Source: a virus. From it: DNA of 64,000 bases. The notes beneath the pieces are model-generated. The model did no database searches. It saw only the letters and a list, made by a program, of their open reading frames with translations, and was not told the DNA's origin. The number at the start of each line of letters is the position of its first letter. Position 1 is the first letter of the stretch. The stretch spans positions 1-64,000 of IMG/VR virus record IMGVR_UViG_3300014208_000028. One strand, 5' to 3'. Made by a program: the position numbers and the translations under genes. Shown here piece by piece: positions 21,575-31,824 of this stretch.

Positions 21575-21973
21575 TTATTCGCATTCACCCTGAATGTAAC
21601 TTCTTACAAATCCATATTCCACGTTATTCCCCACTTCATCACTCATCATAAGATGAAAACCTTCACGCCTTTCATCCCACAATTTTCTCATAGTATGGAT
21701 GGTTGGAATTTCATTAGGGCGAGTCATTTTGATAATTATCCGCTCGTCTTTCTGATCGATCTTAAGTACCTCGACTCGCCACGTAATATTGTCCGTAGGA
21801 GTTCCCACTTTAATATTACTATTAGGACCCCCCAAACATACGGCCATAAGCGGAGAAGAATCTCCACTAGACCACACACTGTTAAAAGTATATTCTTTCA
21901 TAACATCAATATCTCTTTTGCAAGAGATACTGACTAATGCCAATACCATCAAGCACAAAAATACCTTCTTCAT
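21575..21973 (-). CDS. Putative lipoprotein
   Basis: MKK + hydrophobic stretch + SISC lipobox-like motif. Confidence 0.55.
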   Translation of the reverse strand: MKKVFLCLMVLALVSISCKRDIDVMKEYTFNSVWSSGDSSPLMAVCLGGPNSNIKVGTPTDNITWRVEVLKIDQKDERIIIKMTRPNEIPTIHTMRKLWDERREGFHLMMSDEVGNNVEYGFVRSYIQGECE

Positions 21974-21974
21974 C

Positions 21975-22695
21975 TTAAATCTCCTTTATGAATCTGAAAA
22001 CCACAGGCTTTTCGTATCCTTTACCTGAAATGCGGTTAAGATATCTTGCAGCCTTTCTCCTTTCGTAATCTGCACATCTTGTGCAGGTTGTTCTGTCGTT
22101 ATCATCAGGAATTGAACACGATCTGCAAAATACGTTACTTCCCACAACTAACTCCTTATAATGGAATAATTCCGTAAGTAAAATGACCTTTAGAGACATG
22201 CCCTTTTCTGTCATCAAACTCTACGTCTACCAGATCCTCATAAGGACCTAACCGTAAATCCTTATTAATCGCATCTTCTAAATTTCCATACCGTTTTACT
22301 ACAGTAGCAGACTTATATCTCCAATCTCTATAGTCTCCTTTGCTACAATAAACCACTACCCTACTCCCCGGCAAAATTTTACGATATGCGTTTAACCTCA
22401 TAATTGCTCCTTATTGACCCACAGCAAACTTTCTTTCATATTCCTGTCTAATAGCTCTATTACGCTTACTTCTCCACTTAGTATAGAAAGTAAGTTTATG
22501 GCTATATTGACGCGCACACCATTCCTTTCTTATTCCTTTAACGTCACATAAAACTTGCCCTTCTAAAGGCGGTAGAGTCCTTTCTCCACAAATAGAACAT
22601 GTAATACTCCAGCCTAGATACTTTACATATTTTTCTATAGGGTCCCCTCCACAATACTCACACTTCACTCTCTTATAGTTTTTAGGTTTACCCAT
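21975..22695 (-). other. Three hypothetical ORFs (21975-~22145, 22156-22401, 22411-22695)
   Basis: The first probably starts at GTG 22145 behind AAGGAG, which removes the overlap shown in the track. Confidence 0.6.
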
Positions 22696-22761
22696 TTTAA
22701 TTTCCTCCTACTACTTTTATAACTAAAAAAAAGAAATTATTGCTAATTTCTTTTTAAAATT

Positions 22762-22894
22762 TGGTGGGAAGAGTAGAGACTTGCACTCTACTTTTAGTAG
22801 TTGTCGATATCACTTTCTACTAAGTTTTATGGGCTTTCTGTTTACCACCAACATCCTATTATCGGACTAAGGTTACGCCCTAAATTACCTTCCC
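22762..22894 (-). ncRNA. tRNA-like RNA 2 (133 nt, expanded core)
   Basis: GGGAAGG/TCTTCCC+A+CCA; T-arm GTAGAG-TGCAAGT-CTCTAC; followed by a terminator at 22725-22755. Confidence 0.7.
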
Positions 22895-22902
22895 AAAATT
22901 AT

Positions 22903-23325
22903 TCACCAACTTCTATGCTTTTCGTGGATAGATTCCCATCCATCATATTCATCTATCTGCCAATCTACGTCATCAGGTATCTCTACTACTTCTAAGTCAG
23001 CATATCTAGCATTAGCCTCAGTACCTAATTGCTCTACTGCCTGTACTAAAGCTGGATCATTTCTTGCTATATCTCTCTCATTTAAATATCCAGAATCAGC
23101 ATTAAGATCCTCTACCGTATGTAAAATACTTGTAGAATAGTAAATAGTTGCTGCCCTTTCAGATATAGCTTCCTCATCGGTCAGCAATACTAAATTAGTA
23201 TTAAATGCGTGATTATAATAGTCCTTATACGCATATAATTTAATTCCCTTTAATTCGGCATATTTCATAAGACCTTTATGAGATATGCCAAATCCGCCAT
23301 AATTTCTATTTACTACTATCTTCAA
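22903..23325 (-). CDS. Conserved hypothetical phage protein
   Basis: KIVVNRNYGGFGIS...RNDPALVQAVEQLG...VEIPDDVDWQIDEYDGWESIHE pattern, recalled as common in large phages. Confidence 0.75.
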   Translation of the reverse strand: MKIVVNRNYGGFGISHKGLMKYAELKGIKLYAYKDYYNHAFNTNLVLLTDEEAISERAATIYYSTSILHTVEDLNADSGYLNERDIARNDPALVQAVEQLGTEANARYADLEVVEIPDDVDWQIDEYDGWESIHEKHRSW

Positions 23326-23337
23326 TAGATATCTCCC

Positions 23338-24299
23338 TTATAATTGCTCTAATATATCTATTACATCAGAAGTATAATTTAATCTAAGTAAATTACGCTC
23401 GTCCGTAGATAAATCATCCCACCTCAACCCGGCTAAAATATTTATAAATAAATTATTAGCCCGACCTTTTTGACTATTAGATAAATCTACTTTAGATATA
23501 TCTATACTATATGCTGTAGAAGACATTATATCCTCCATTATTTTTATGGCTTCCTCGCTACGACTCGAACGTAAATTAATAAGTCCAAGGCCTATTGTCC
23601 TACCATTAGACGACGAGGAAATAATTAGTCTTTTATATCCTCATATCCACTATTAATTTCGGCGGGCAGATCATTATAGAGATCTTTAATTAATAACATA
23701 TAATCTATTTTATTAAAATTATCTTCATGATCCCGCGCATAATCTAACTTAAATTTAATTTTTTTAAGTAAATTATTATAAATACTTTCAGTAGTAGCTA
23801 TAATAATTTCTTGAGTCTGTTTTTCACTATCAGATAATTCCATTTAATCTTCCTTATTTATAACTATATCTACTCCATTATACTCTTTCTGTAACATGAT
23901 AATTTTAGCATACTCAATAGCACTACTCTCATTATCGAATATTAAATTTAAATTAACTTCCTCATTACGCTTATTATTATGTTCATCTGAATATCTTATA
24001 TTATAGAAAATTTCAGTAACATTATTATTTAATTTAGTGACAGCCTTACTAGAAATGGAGCCGGAATAGATGATGGATTTATTAATAGCATCTTTATACG
24101 CCATTCCTAATTTAGAATGATATCCACTCCCACACTCATTGCAGATATACTTTACACCCTTTACAGTAATAGTATAATTACCCTTACATACAGGACAAGC
24201 AATCTCTACCCGCTTTTCATTTAATTTAATAAAAAATACTTTATCTCCAATATAATACCCTAACATAGACGGTTTTTCAGAATTCTTTTTCGCAGTCAT
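23338..24299 (-). other. Hypothetical ORFs (23338-23538, 23625-23843, 23844-24299) around tRNA-Gln
   Basis: Co-oriented with RBSs. Confidence 0.65.
23547..23620 (-). tRNA. tRNA-Gln(UUG)
   Basis: TTCCTCG/CGAGGAA+G+CCA; ATAGG-CCTTGGA-CTTAT (C33); T-loop TTCGAGT. Confidence 0.88.
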
Positions 24300-24415
24300 T
24301 TTACATACTCCTTTATATAGGTTACATCAGACATAATACTTTGATATGGGACTGGAAACAATAATTTCGAATTCCCCCTCTTGCATTTAAATATATTATA
24401 TATTAATATATTATT

Positions 24416-25057
24416 ATGATTAAAACAATTAAATTAATTTGTACTCATTGTGGAATTTCTTTTATTAGAGATTTAAAAGATTATAACTATCAAATAAAAT
24501 GCGGCCAAGTAAATATCTTTTGTAGTCGTAAATGCTCAAGAGATTTTAAGTACAGTAAAGTAACAATTATTTGTGCAAATTGTGGAAAAGAGGTTATAAA
24601 ACCATTTAAAGAACTCAAAAAAACTAAAAGTGGCAGAAGTTTCTGTAATCATTCTTGTTCGGCCACATATAATAATACTCATAAAACTTATGGAATAAGA
24701 AGGTCTAAACTAGAAAAATTCCTCGAAGATAAATTACGTGAAACTTTTCTATCTCTAGAAATATTATGCAATGATAAAACAGTTATTGGAAGCGAATTAG
24801 ATTTCTATTTTCCCACTTTAAAATTAGGAATAGAGATTAATGGAATTCTTCACTATGAACCTATTTATGGAGTTGATACTTTAGATAAAATACATAATAA
24901 TGATAATAGAAAAATACTAGCTTGCGCTGAAAAAGGAATTGAGTTAATCGTTATTCCTACTATAGAAAAACATATGTCTAAAGAATTAAAAGATATGTAT
25001 TGGAAAAAAATAAAGGAGATTATCTCCTCTAAATTATCTAATTCTATATGCGACTGA
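24416..25057 (+). CDS. Free-standing homing-endonuclease-like protein (Zn-finger repeats + PD-(D/E)XK domain)
   Basis: CxxCG..F..FCSxxC repeats; RSKLE...ELDFYFPTLKLGIEING..HY; opposite strand to its neighbours. Confidence 0.75.
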   Translation: MIKTIKLICTHCGISFIRDLKDYNYQIKCGQVNIFCSRKCSRDFKYSKVTIICANCGKEVIKPFKELKKTKSGRSFCNHSCSATYNNTHKTYGIRRSKLEKFLEDKLRETFLSLEILCNDKTVIGSELDFYFPTLKLGIEINGILHYEPIYGVDTLDKIHNNDNRKILACAEKGIELIVIPTIEKHMSKELKDMYWKKIKEIISSKLSNSICD

Positions 25058-25133
25058 GAGGGGTCGAACCTCCATGAGCTTACGCTCGGCTGGTTTTAAG
25101 CCAGCTCCGTCTGTCCGGTTGCGGCACAGTCGC
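25049..25133 (-). tRNA. tRNA-Leu(UAA), CCA not encoded
   Basis: GCGACTG/CAGTCGC+A; GCTGG-CTTAAAA-CCAGC; long variable arm; T-loop TTCGACC. Confidence 0.92.
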
Positions 25134-25215
25134 GTATAAAGTATTTCTACTTCACATTAATATTATAACACCTTATTTAAATTTTTTGCACTTTAGATAA
25201 TTACTAATCTATATT

Positions 25216-25674
25216 CTAATTACATTTAGAGTAGTAGAAGCATAAATCATCCGCATATGTGTCAGATTCAATTATGCCCTTCCCCGGTTTTTTATCGTAA
25301 GCATAAACCATGAAAGATACAAACTTATAGTTATTATACCCCTCAAACCAAGGAACATCTATAATGAGACCGTCTATGGAAGTATAATAATTACATACAT
25401 ATCTTGAATATATATTTTTAAAAGGATATTCATATGTACATTCTTTAGGTATATTAGTATATATACTTTCTCCAAATACTTCGACCCAAAGTACTATATG
25501 AAATCCCAATTCATTATTACTATTATCTTGCCAACTCAAACTAATAGTATTTCCATATAAATACATCTGTCCTTCAGAAGGGCCTTCAGGAATAGTTAAT
25601 TTATTACTTTTTCCTACTTCTCCCGCGCAAGAAGTTAAAATTATTATTAAAATACATATTAATAATTTATACAT
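25216..25674 (-). CDS. Lipoprotein with FN3-like segment
   Basis: LTSC lipobox; ISLSWQDNSNNELGFHI. Confidence 0.65.
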   Translation of the reverse strand: MYKLLICILIIILTSCAGEVGKSNKLTIPEGPSEGQMYLYGNTISLSWQDNSNNELGFHIVLWVEVFGESIYTNIPKECTYEYPFKNIYSRYVCNYYTSIDGLIIDVPWFEGYNNYKFVSFMVYAYDKKPGKGIIESDTYADDLCFYYSKCN

Positions 25675-26282
25675 AATTCTTCCCCCACACTATTTTCAAA
25701 TTTTTCGTTTATTTTTCTAAATATAGTTATTCCACCTACCCCCAACTCTACTACCCCTGCTAAAATGAGAAAAGTATTTAATAGATAAATTCCTATTATT
25801 ATATTTATAATCCCCCCACCAAAAATTGAAGCAATATTTTCCCATTCCAAAGGTATTTTATTATCGATACAATTTTTACCGTCATTAATAGCTATAGCTA
25901 GAGGAATAATACCGCTTAATAATTTAGCCATATTTATAGTAGAAAGTTCATAAGCTATTTTATGAGAAAATCCTAATCCTTTTAAAGTATATATAATATT
26001 GTGCGGTAGTAAAGGATTAGGAATTCCCCTGGCCGTTAAACTATCTAAACCTATATGGTGTAAAAACTGCGGGAGACTAAATTGCTTATTATTTATAACT
26101 ATATATCCATCATGAATTAAGTGATGATTAGTTATTCTATGAAAAGCTCCTAAAGGCTTATCCATCCAAGAACCTGTTATACCTTTAATATGGTGAATAT
26201 AATGCCAATCAGTAATGTGTCTAGTAGGATAAGAATAATTAATAATAGGAGCTACTAAACTAGATAAATATTTTTTCTTCAT
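25659..26282 (-). CDS. His-rich membrane-associated hypothetical protein
   Basis: WMD..FHR..HH N-terminal part, hydrophobic C-terminus. Confidence 0.6.
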   Translation of the reverse strand: MKKKYLSSLVAPIINYSYPTRHITDWHYIHHIKGITGSWMDKPLGAFHRITNHHLIHDGYIVINNKQFSLPQFLHHIGLDSLTARGIPNPLLPHNIIYTLKGLGFSHKIAYELSTINMAKLLSGIIPLAIAINDGKNCIDNKIPLEWENIASIFGGGIINIIIGIYLLNTFLILAGVVELGVGGITIFRKINEKFENSVGEELCINY

Positions 26283-26498
26283 TTATCCTCCAAAAATTCA
26301 TTCCATAAAACTTCTAATTTTCTAAGTCTAATGACTTCAGCATATAATTTTTCTATGTCTTCTTTAGAATGGCATATAAAATCCATATTCAGGAGGATCT
26401 TCCCAAATATTATCATAAATATCATAATCAGGTACTTCATGATATACACTACTAATTATAAATCCATAAAACAGATATGCTTCTGGATCAGTACTCAT
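26262..26498 (-). pseudogene. Probable fused gene remnants
   Basis: Short ORF MSTDPEAYLFYG... overlaps an out-of-frame Ead/Ea22-like tail (DFICHSKEDIEKLYAEVIRLR). Confidence 0.35.
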
Positions 26499-27462
26499 TT
26501 TTAAACTCCCTGCATCTATTATTAAAATCTACACAAACATCTAAGCAAGTACGACGACAAATTTCTTCTTTTAAAGGATTAAAGTTTTTAAAGAAGTTAA
26601 CTCTATCTTCTCTCATTCCCCGCCGAATTTCTCCTATAGGTTTTCCTAACTGACGAAGATAGATTACACAAGGAAAATGATATTTACCCTCTACAACACT
26701 ATCATCTTGAAGTAAATAACATTTATCAGCATCACTATCTATCATGCCCCGCATTTTTACATTATTCTTTATATGAGTTACCCTATACTTTAAAATAGGA
26801 TGTTTATTTAAAAGCTCTTCAGGCAATTTTAAAACTTCATTTAAAGAAATAGTCTCATTCTCTTGGGCCGCGCTGATAATACGAATATCTGCAACTCCTA
26901 AAGAACTAGCAAAATATATAATATCTTTAAGTTCATTAATATTTTTATTAGTTAAAACTACTCCTACAGTTACATAGGTTAAAGAAGATAATAACTTTAT
27001 ATTCTCTACTATTTTATCAAATCGACCTTTAGTATTAGACATTATATCTGCCGTGCTGGAACAACAAGCATCTAAACTAATACTAAAATCATTAGCCCCG
27101 GCTGTTACTAATTTTTTATATAAATTAGGATCTGCGGAGCCGTTAGAAGAAATAGCTATATTTTGTACCCCCCGCACATTAGAAAAGTCTATAAAATTAA
27201 TTAAATCTTTATGTAGGGTAGGCTCTCCCCCCGAAAATCTAATATTTCTTAATCCATCCTTACACCAATCTTCTATAACTAATTCTACATCTTCTTTAGG
27301 CATATCGCCTTTTAAATGATTTAAAGGCATACAGTAAGGGCAGTTAAAATTACAACGACTGGTTATAATTATTTCGGCCCGCCACATAGGAGATGAAGGG
27401 CTAATATTTTTAGCTCTAGCATCTTCTAAAGTATAAAATCCAATAGATTTAAGCTTATCCAT
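26488..27462 (-). CDS. Radical SAM enzyme with C-terminal Cys cluster
   Basis: CNFNCPYC, FSGGEPT, SNG, ISLD; CYL..FPC..C...C..C. Confidence 0.9.
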   Translation of the reverse strand: MDKLKSIGFYTLEDARAKNISPSSPMWRAEIIITSRCNFNCPYCMPLNHLKGDMPKEDVELVIEDWCKDGLRNIRFSGGEPTLHKDLINFIDFSNVRGVQNIAISSNGSADPNLYKKLVTAGANDFSISLDACCSSTADIMSNTKGRFDKIVENIKLLSSLTYVTVGVVLTNKNINELKDIIYFASSLGVADIRIISAAQENETISLNEVLKLPEELLNKHPILKYRVTHIKNNVKMRGMIDSDADKCYLLQDDSVVEGKYHFPCVIYLRQLGKPIGEIRRGMREDRVNFFKNFNPLKEEICRRTCLDVCVDFNNRCREFKNEY

Positions 27463-27857
27463 TATATCTCCAATCTCTTACTTTTATCAGTATTTCGCAT
27501 ACTGCATCCTTCGTGACTACAAGGATATTTAGTTCCATAATCCTTACACATTTCGGGCCGGTAAGGATATATAGAACATTTATTATCAACTAAAAATCTA
27601 CAACCATACTCCCCCATTTTTTCTTTTTTAACTAACATAAATTTAAGTACAGTCATATCTGTTTGAGGGTAATTAAAATCTATTTCAGATTTAAATCTAT
27701 TTCTTTCAGCTACTATGTCTACTAAATCTTTATTTACATATTTCCAAAATAATAATGCCTCAAATAGAAATATCTTTTCTATAATATCTTCTTGGCCGAT
27801 TAGAGAATTTAAATAGAAGCTCTCACAACACTTACCACACATATTACATTCAGGCAT
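27462..27857 (-). CDS. YkgJ-family (CxxCxxCC) Fe-S/Zn protein
   Basis: CNMCGKCC...CRFL....CSIYPYRPEMCKDY. Confidence 0.85.
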   Translation of the reverse strand: MPECNMCGKCCESFYLNSLIGQEDIIEKIFLFEALLFWKYVNKDLVDIVAERNRFKSEIDFNYPQTDMTVLKFMLVKKEKMGEYGCRFLVDNKCSIYPYRPEMCKDYGTKYPCSHEGCSMRNTDKSKRLEI

Positions 27858-27881
27858 ACTTATTCCTTTTATAAAAAAGGC

Positions 27882-29243
27882 TCAAAGGCCTTCACGGTTA
27901 AACAGTTTAAATGTCTTTTCCCACAACTCGCTTTTTTCTTTAAGCAGATAGAATTCTACTTCCTGTAAAGCCTCTATCCTAGTAGTTACTTTCCCTTCAA
28001 GCTGTAAATCTTCTATATGCTCTAGAATAAATTTAAACTTAGGCCCAGGAGTTAATCCTCTGGCGATTAAGTCATTGCCAGTAATTAATCTAACAGGATG
28101 TACTTTTTCAGGGTTTTGTTTAAACTCTTCTATCTTGTCTTTACAAAAGTTATAAGTTTCCAATCTACCCCCACTACTTTGAGCGTCTGCCTTATGAAGT
28201 AAAAGCATGTCATCAATAAACTCTTGACGCAGAAATCTTTTAAGTCTGCTAGTTCTCATATCTTTAGTACAATCAAACTTCATATGCTGACTAACCAAAG
28301 TAGCTACGTACCCTATTTCTTCGTTAGAAAACTTATAATCAGTTAAAATTCTTTCTGCTTCTTTAGCCCCCACAGAATCGTGCTGAGAGAATCTAATCCG
28401 ATCTTCAACCGTCCGCGTTAAAGGTTTACCAACATCATGTAAAAGACCGGCCAATTTCAAAAGAGGATGAGCTTTATCCTTATGTAAAATATCTAATACT
28501 TCCAACGTATGCCTATAGACATCTCCTTCAGGATGAAATTCGGGTGGTTGAGTACAGCCAATCATATTAGATATTTCAGGAAGTAAGATATTCAATAGGC
28601 CCAACTCTTTTAATAACTGAATACCTCTTTTAGGATCTGCTTCTAAGATTTTAAGTAATTCATCTTTAAGCCTTTCCTTAGAAATATGAAGTATTCCCTC
28701 TCTGCAAGCATATATAGCTTCAGCCGTGGCTTTATCTATAATAAAGTTAAACCTACAGGCGAATCTAACCGCCCGCATCATACGTAAATAATCCTCTCTA
28801 AAACGCTCTACAGGCTCTCCTATGGCCCTTACAGCCCCTAATTGGATATCTACTATGCCTTCAACTTTATCGTAGATTTTACCGTCCTCATCCATATAAA
28901 GCCCGTTTATAGTAAAATCGCGCCGAGAGACATCTTCTTCAATACTTTTAGCATATTTAACTATTTCAGGTCTACGCCCATCATAGTTAGATTCTGTTCT
29001 ATAAGTAGCTACTTCGTATTGAACTTTATTCAATACTACAACTACTACCCCGAATTTTTCGCCAACTAATAAAGTATGTTCAAAAAGCTTATTAACTTCT
29101 TCTGGAGTAGCATTCGTTACTATATCGTAATCTTTAGGCTCTGTACCAAGAAAAGTATCTCGTACACAGCCTCCGACTAAAAAACTCTCAAAGTTATTAG
29201 CTTTGAGAGTCTCCATAATAACCTTTACATCATTCGGAATCAT
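27882..29243 (-). CDS. cca: CCA tRNA nucleotidyltransferase with HD domain
   Basis: VGGCVRD, DYDI, RRDFTIN, EDYLRMMR, HPEGDV..H, LLHDVGK. Confidence 0.92.
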   Translation of the reverse strand: MIPNDVKVIMETLKANNFESFLVGGCVRDTFLGTEPKDYDIVTNATPEEVNKLFEHTLLVGEKFGVVVVVLNKVQYEVATYRTESNYDGRRPEIVKYAKSIEEDVSRRDFTINGLYMDEDGKIYDKVEGIVDIQLGAVRAIGEPVERFREDYLRMMRAVRFACRFNFIIDKATAEAIYACREGILHISKERLKDELLKILEADPKRGIQLLKELGLLNILLPEISNMIGCTQPPEFHPEGDVYRHTLEVLDILHKDKAHPLLKLAGLLHDVGKPLTRTVEDRIRFSQHDSVGAKEAERILTDYKFSNEEIGYVATLVSQHMKFDCTKDMRTSRLKRFLRQEFIDDMLLLHKADAQSSGGRLETYNFCKDKIEEFKQNPEKVHPVRLITGNDLIARGLTPGPKFKFILEHIEDLQLEGKVTTRIEALQEVEFYLLKEKSELWEKTFKLFNREGL

Positions 29244-29248
29244 TTAAA

Positions 29249-31220
29249 TTATTTAGTCCTTTCTGGTACGCGATGTCGGCTTCTTATACTCTCTTCTTCT
29301 AAACGCAGCTTTTCTACTTTAATCTTGTGTTCTTTTTCTTCGTTAGCTTTTCGAACGCTGCCGTATAATTTGTTTATTTGATAAGCGTCACAAGTACCGT
29401 TTTCGTTCTCATCCGCTAAAATTCTACCTAACGCTACCTCGATATCATACAAAGATATATCACTCATTTCTTTCTCCTTTCAGGATCTTGACGAATAACT
29501 TCATACACTACCGCTCTTTTTATAGTAGTAGTATAGAAAGTCTTGTTTATCACCACTGGTTTTTCACGGGCCATAGAAACAGTTGTCGAGATAACTATTC
29601 CTATCATAACCCCCACCCACACCTGAAACAGCACCCACAACAGTCCTCTCACTTTGCTGTTCATCTAACTCTCCTTTGTTAGCGGACCAAGTAAATTAGA
29701 GCTAATCCTCCAACAACTAAAGAATACAGAATCAATGTATCTACCATAATTTCCTCCTTACTGTTTTTATAACAAAAAAAATAGAAAATTATTAAATAAA
29801 AAAAGGGCTATTCAAAGATAGCCCCACATCAATCTACTCTTACATTCTATAAATGGTAGATGATTATTAAGTAGCCCACCTAACTTCTGGAATATCAGTT
29901 AAAGTTTTAAAAGTTATTTTTTTATTATTAAAAACTGACTTAACTATATCTTGTAAAACTTTAACACTTTGAGATCCAACAACTTCTATAGACTTTTTCT
30001 TTTTACTACAATCTATAGACATTTTAACTAAAGACCTACAAAGGTCATCAGAATAAATACCTACTGAAATAGAGTCACTATCAGATACCCAATTTTTGCC
30101 GTCTAATATAGTTATATTATTAAAAAATAACCAAACATCGTTAGTAGCTTCGCTCCACTTCCCTTTAGTATCTAAAGTAACTATCATTTTCCAACTTAAT
30201 GGAGGAGTTGCCAATACATCATCATTTAAATCATAATTAAAAGATATATTTACTATATTACGTAATACAGAATCCATACTTACTCCTTTAAACTATTTCT
30301 TTACTTTAATTTTTTAGACTTAGGTAATTTTTTAAGGTTAAGATTCTCATCTATTTCAAAATACTGTTTACTTAAAATATAAGGCGCTGGAATAGAACAT
30401 ATTTGCCTATAATTATCATCTTCAGTACATTTTTCTAAAGCTACTATAATTCCCGTATCGTCTTCTTTAACTACAAAACCGACAGTCTGTAACTCTATGC
30501 CTACCTTAGTAAATTCTTCGGCTTTCATGCCATCATTCTCGAACGAACACGCATCTAGCCATTTAATATATACTAATTTCATTAGTGACCCCCATAAGTA
30601 TAGATAATTATATTATAACATATGAGGGTCGCTAAAAAAATACTAATTACTTCTCATTCAAAGACATTAAAATCGCGCCTAAAAGAATTAACTGAATTTT
30701 AGTACCTAAATTATCTAAAGTCATAAAAGAGGCAATAATAGGATCTTCTTTATTGGCATTTAAAAAATCATCAATTAAATTAATATGTTTAACAAACTCG
30801 TCAATAGTATCCGCCGAAGGACCGTCATCTTTAGAATTAGCAAAAACTTTAAACTTATCGAACATAGCAAGCATAGTATCGTCTAACATAATATTCTCCT
30901 TTTCAATCGAATTTTATTTATTATATCTTATATTTAAAAAAATACAAATTAAAAAAGAGAGTTGGCGGTCCTCTCTTTTTGTTGCGAATCGTTGGTTAGC
31001 TTTTGAGGGCTACCGCAACTTTGCCCGCCTTTTCGACCATGCGGGAGATGAGGCTCTCGATGTTCTTTTCGGTGAAGTTGAACTCGCCCTTGTACTCGAA
31101 CACCTTGTTCATGGCCCCTTCGGGATTGGCGATGGACATCTGGACGTATCCGTCCATGTGGACGGCGACATCGGTTTTGGACTCTTTTTCTTCGCCCTGA
31201 TTCACTTTCAAAGTATTCAT
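29249..31220 (-). other. Hypothetical ORFs (29249-29467, 29464-29664, 29867-30277, 30301-30582, 30647-30889, 30996-31220)
   Basis: Several have their own promoter and terminator; 30996-31220 is visibly GC-richer than its surroundings. Confidence 0.7.
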
Positions 31221-31313
31221 GATCTCCTCCTAAGAGATTCGTTTCAGAAGGTGGGAATACTAGGTATTCTTCCTTCTATATATTTTATAACAAATTTTAG
31301 GAGGAATTTGCGA

Positions 31314-31778
31314 TTAACTAATCTTTATAGGTTTTTTAACTTTTTCCACTTTATTTAAAGTAATATATAAAACCCCATTCTCATATTTAGCTTCAATATT
31401 GTCTCTATCTATATTTTTATTTAAAGTAACATACTTTTTAAACGGCCCGTAAATAATTCCTGAGATTAAATACTTTCTATTGCTTTCATCACTATACTTC
31501 TGCTTCTTACCACTTATAACTAGATAATTATCTTCTATCTCTATTTTAATATCTTCTTTATCAACTCCCGGCAATTCCATAATAACTTCTATACTTTTGC
31601 CTCCAACTCCTTCATATACATCTAATCCTACATTATCGCCGCCAATAGGAAGACTTAAGTAATTATCTAAATAATCATATTTATTATAATTATAAAATCC
31701 ATAACCCCAATTTTTATTAATCCAACGATTGTCTTCCCACGGCCAAAATTCTCTAAAACTCATGTCTAATACCTCCAA
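31314..31778 (-). CDS. Hsp20/alpha-crystallin small heat-shock protein
   Basis: ELPGVDKEDIKI, LVISG, YGPFKK, IEAKYENGVLYITLNK. Confidence 0.92.
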   Translation of the reverse strand: MEVLDMSFREFWPWEDNRWINKNWGYGFYNYNKYDYLDNYLSLPIGGDNVGLDVYEGVGGKSIEVIMELPGVDKEDIKIEIEDNYLVISGKKQKYSDESNRKYLISGIIYGPFKKYVTLNKNIDRDNIEAKYENGVLYITLNKVEKVKKPIKIS

Positions 31779-31824
31779 AATTATTTTCTATAAATGTAAT
31801 ACACATTCTAATATAGTCAAGAGG

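Noticed and set aside
22762-22894. tmRNA or tRNA-Sec
   Set aside because: No G3:U70, too short for a tag frame, no UCA anticodon.
27882-27890. CTT TGA at the end of cca as a second frameshift site
   Set aside because: No SD at the right spacing, the +1 frame stops after four codons, and the sequence is part of a terminator-like hairpin.
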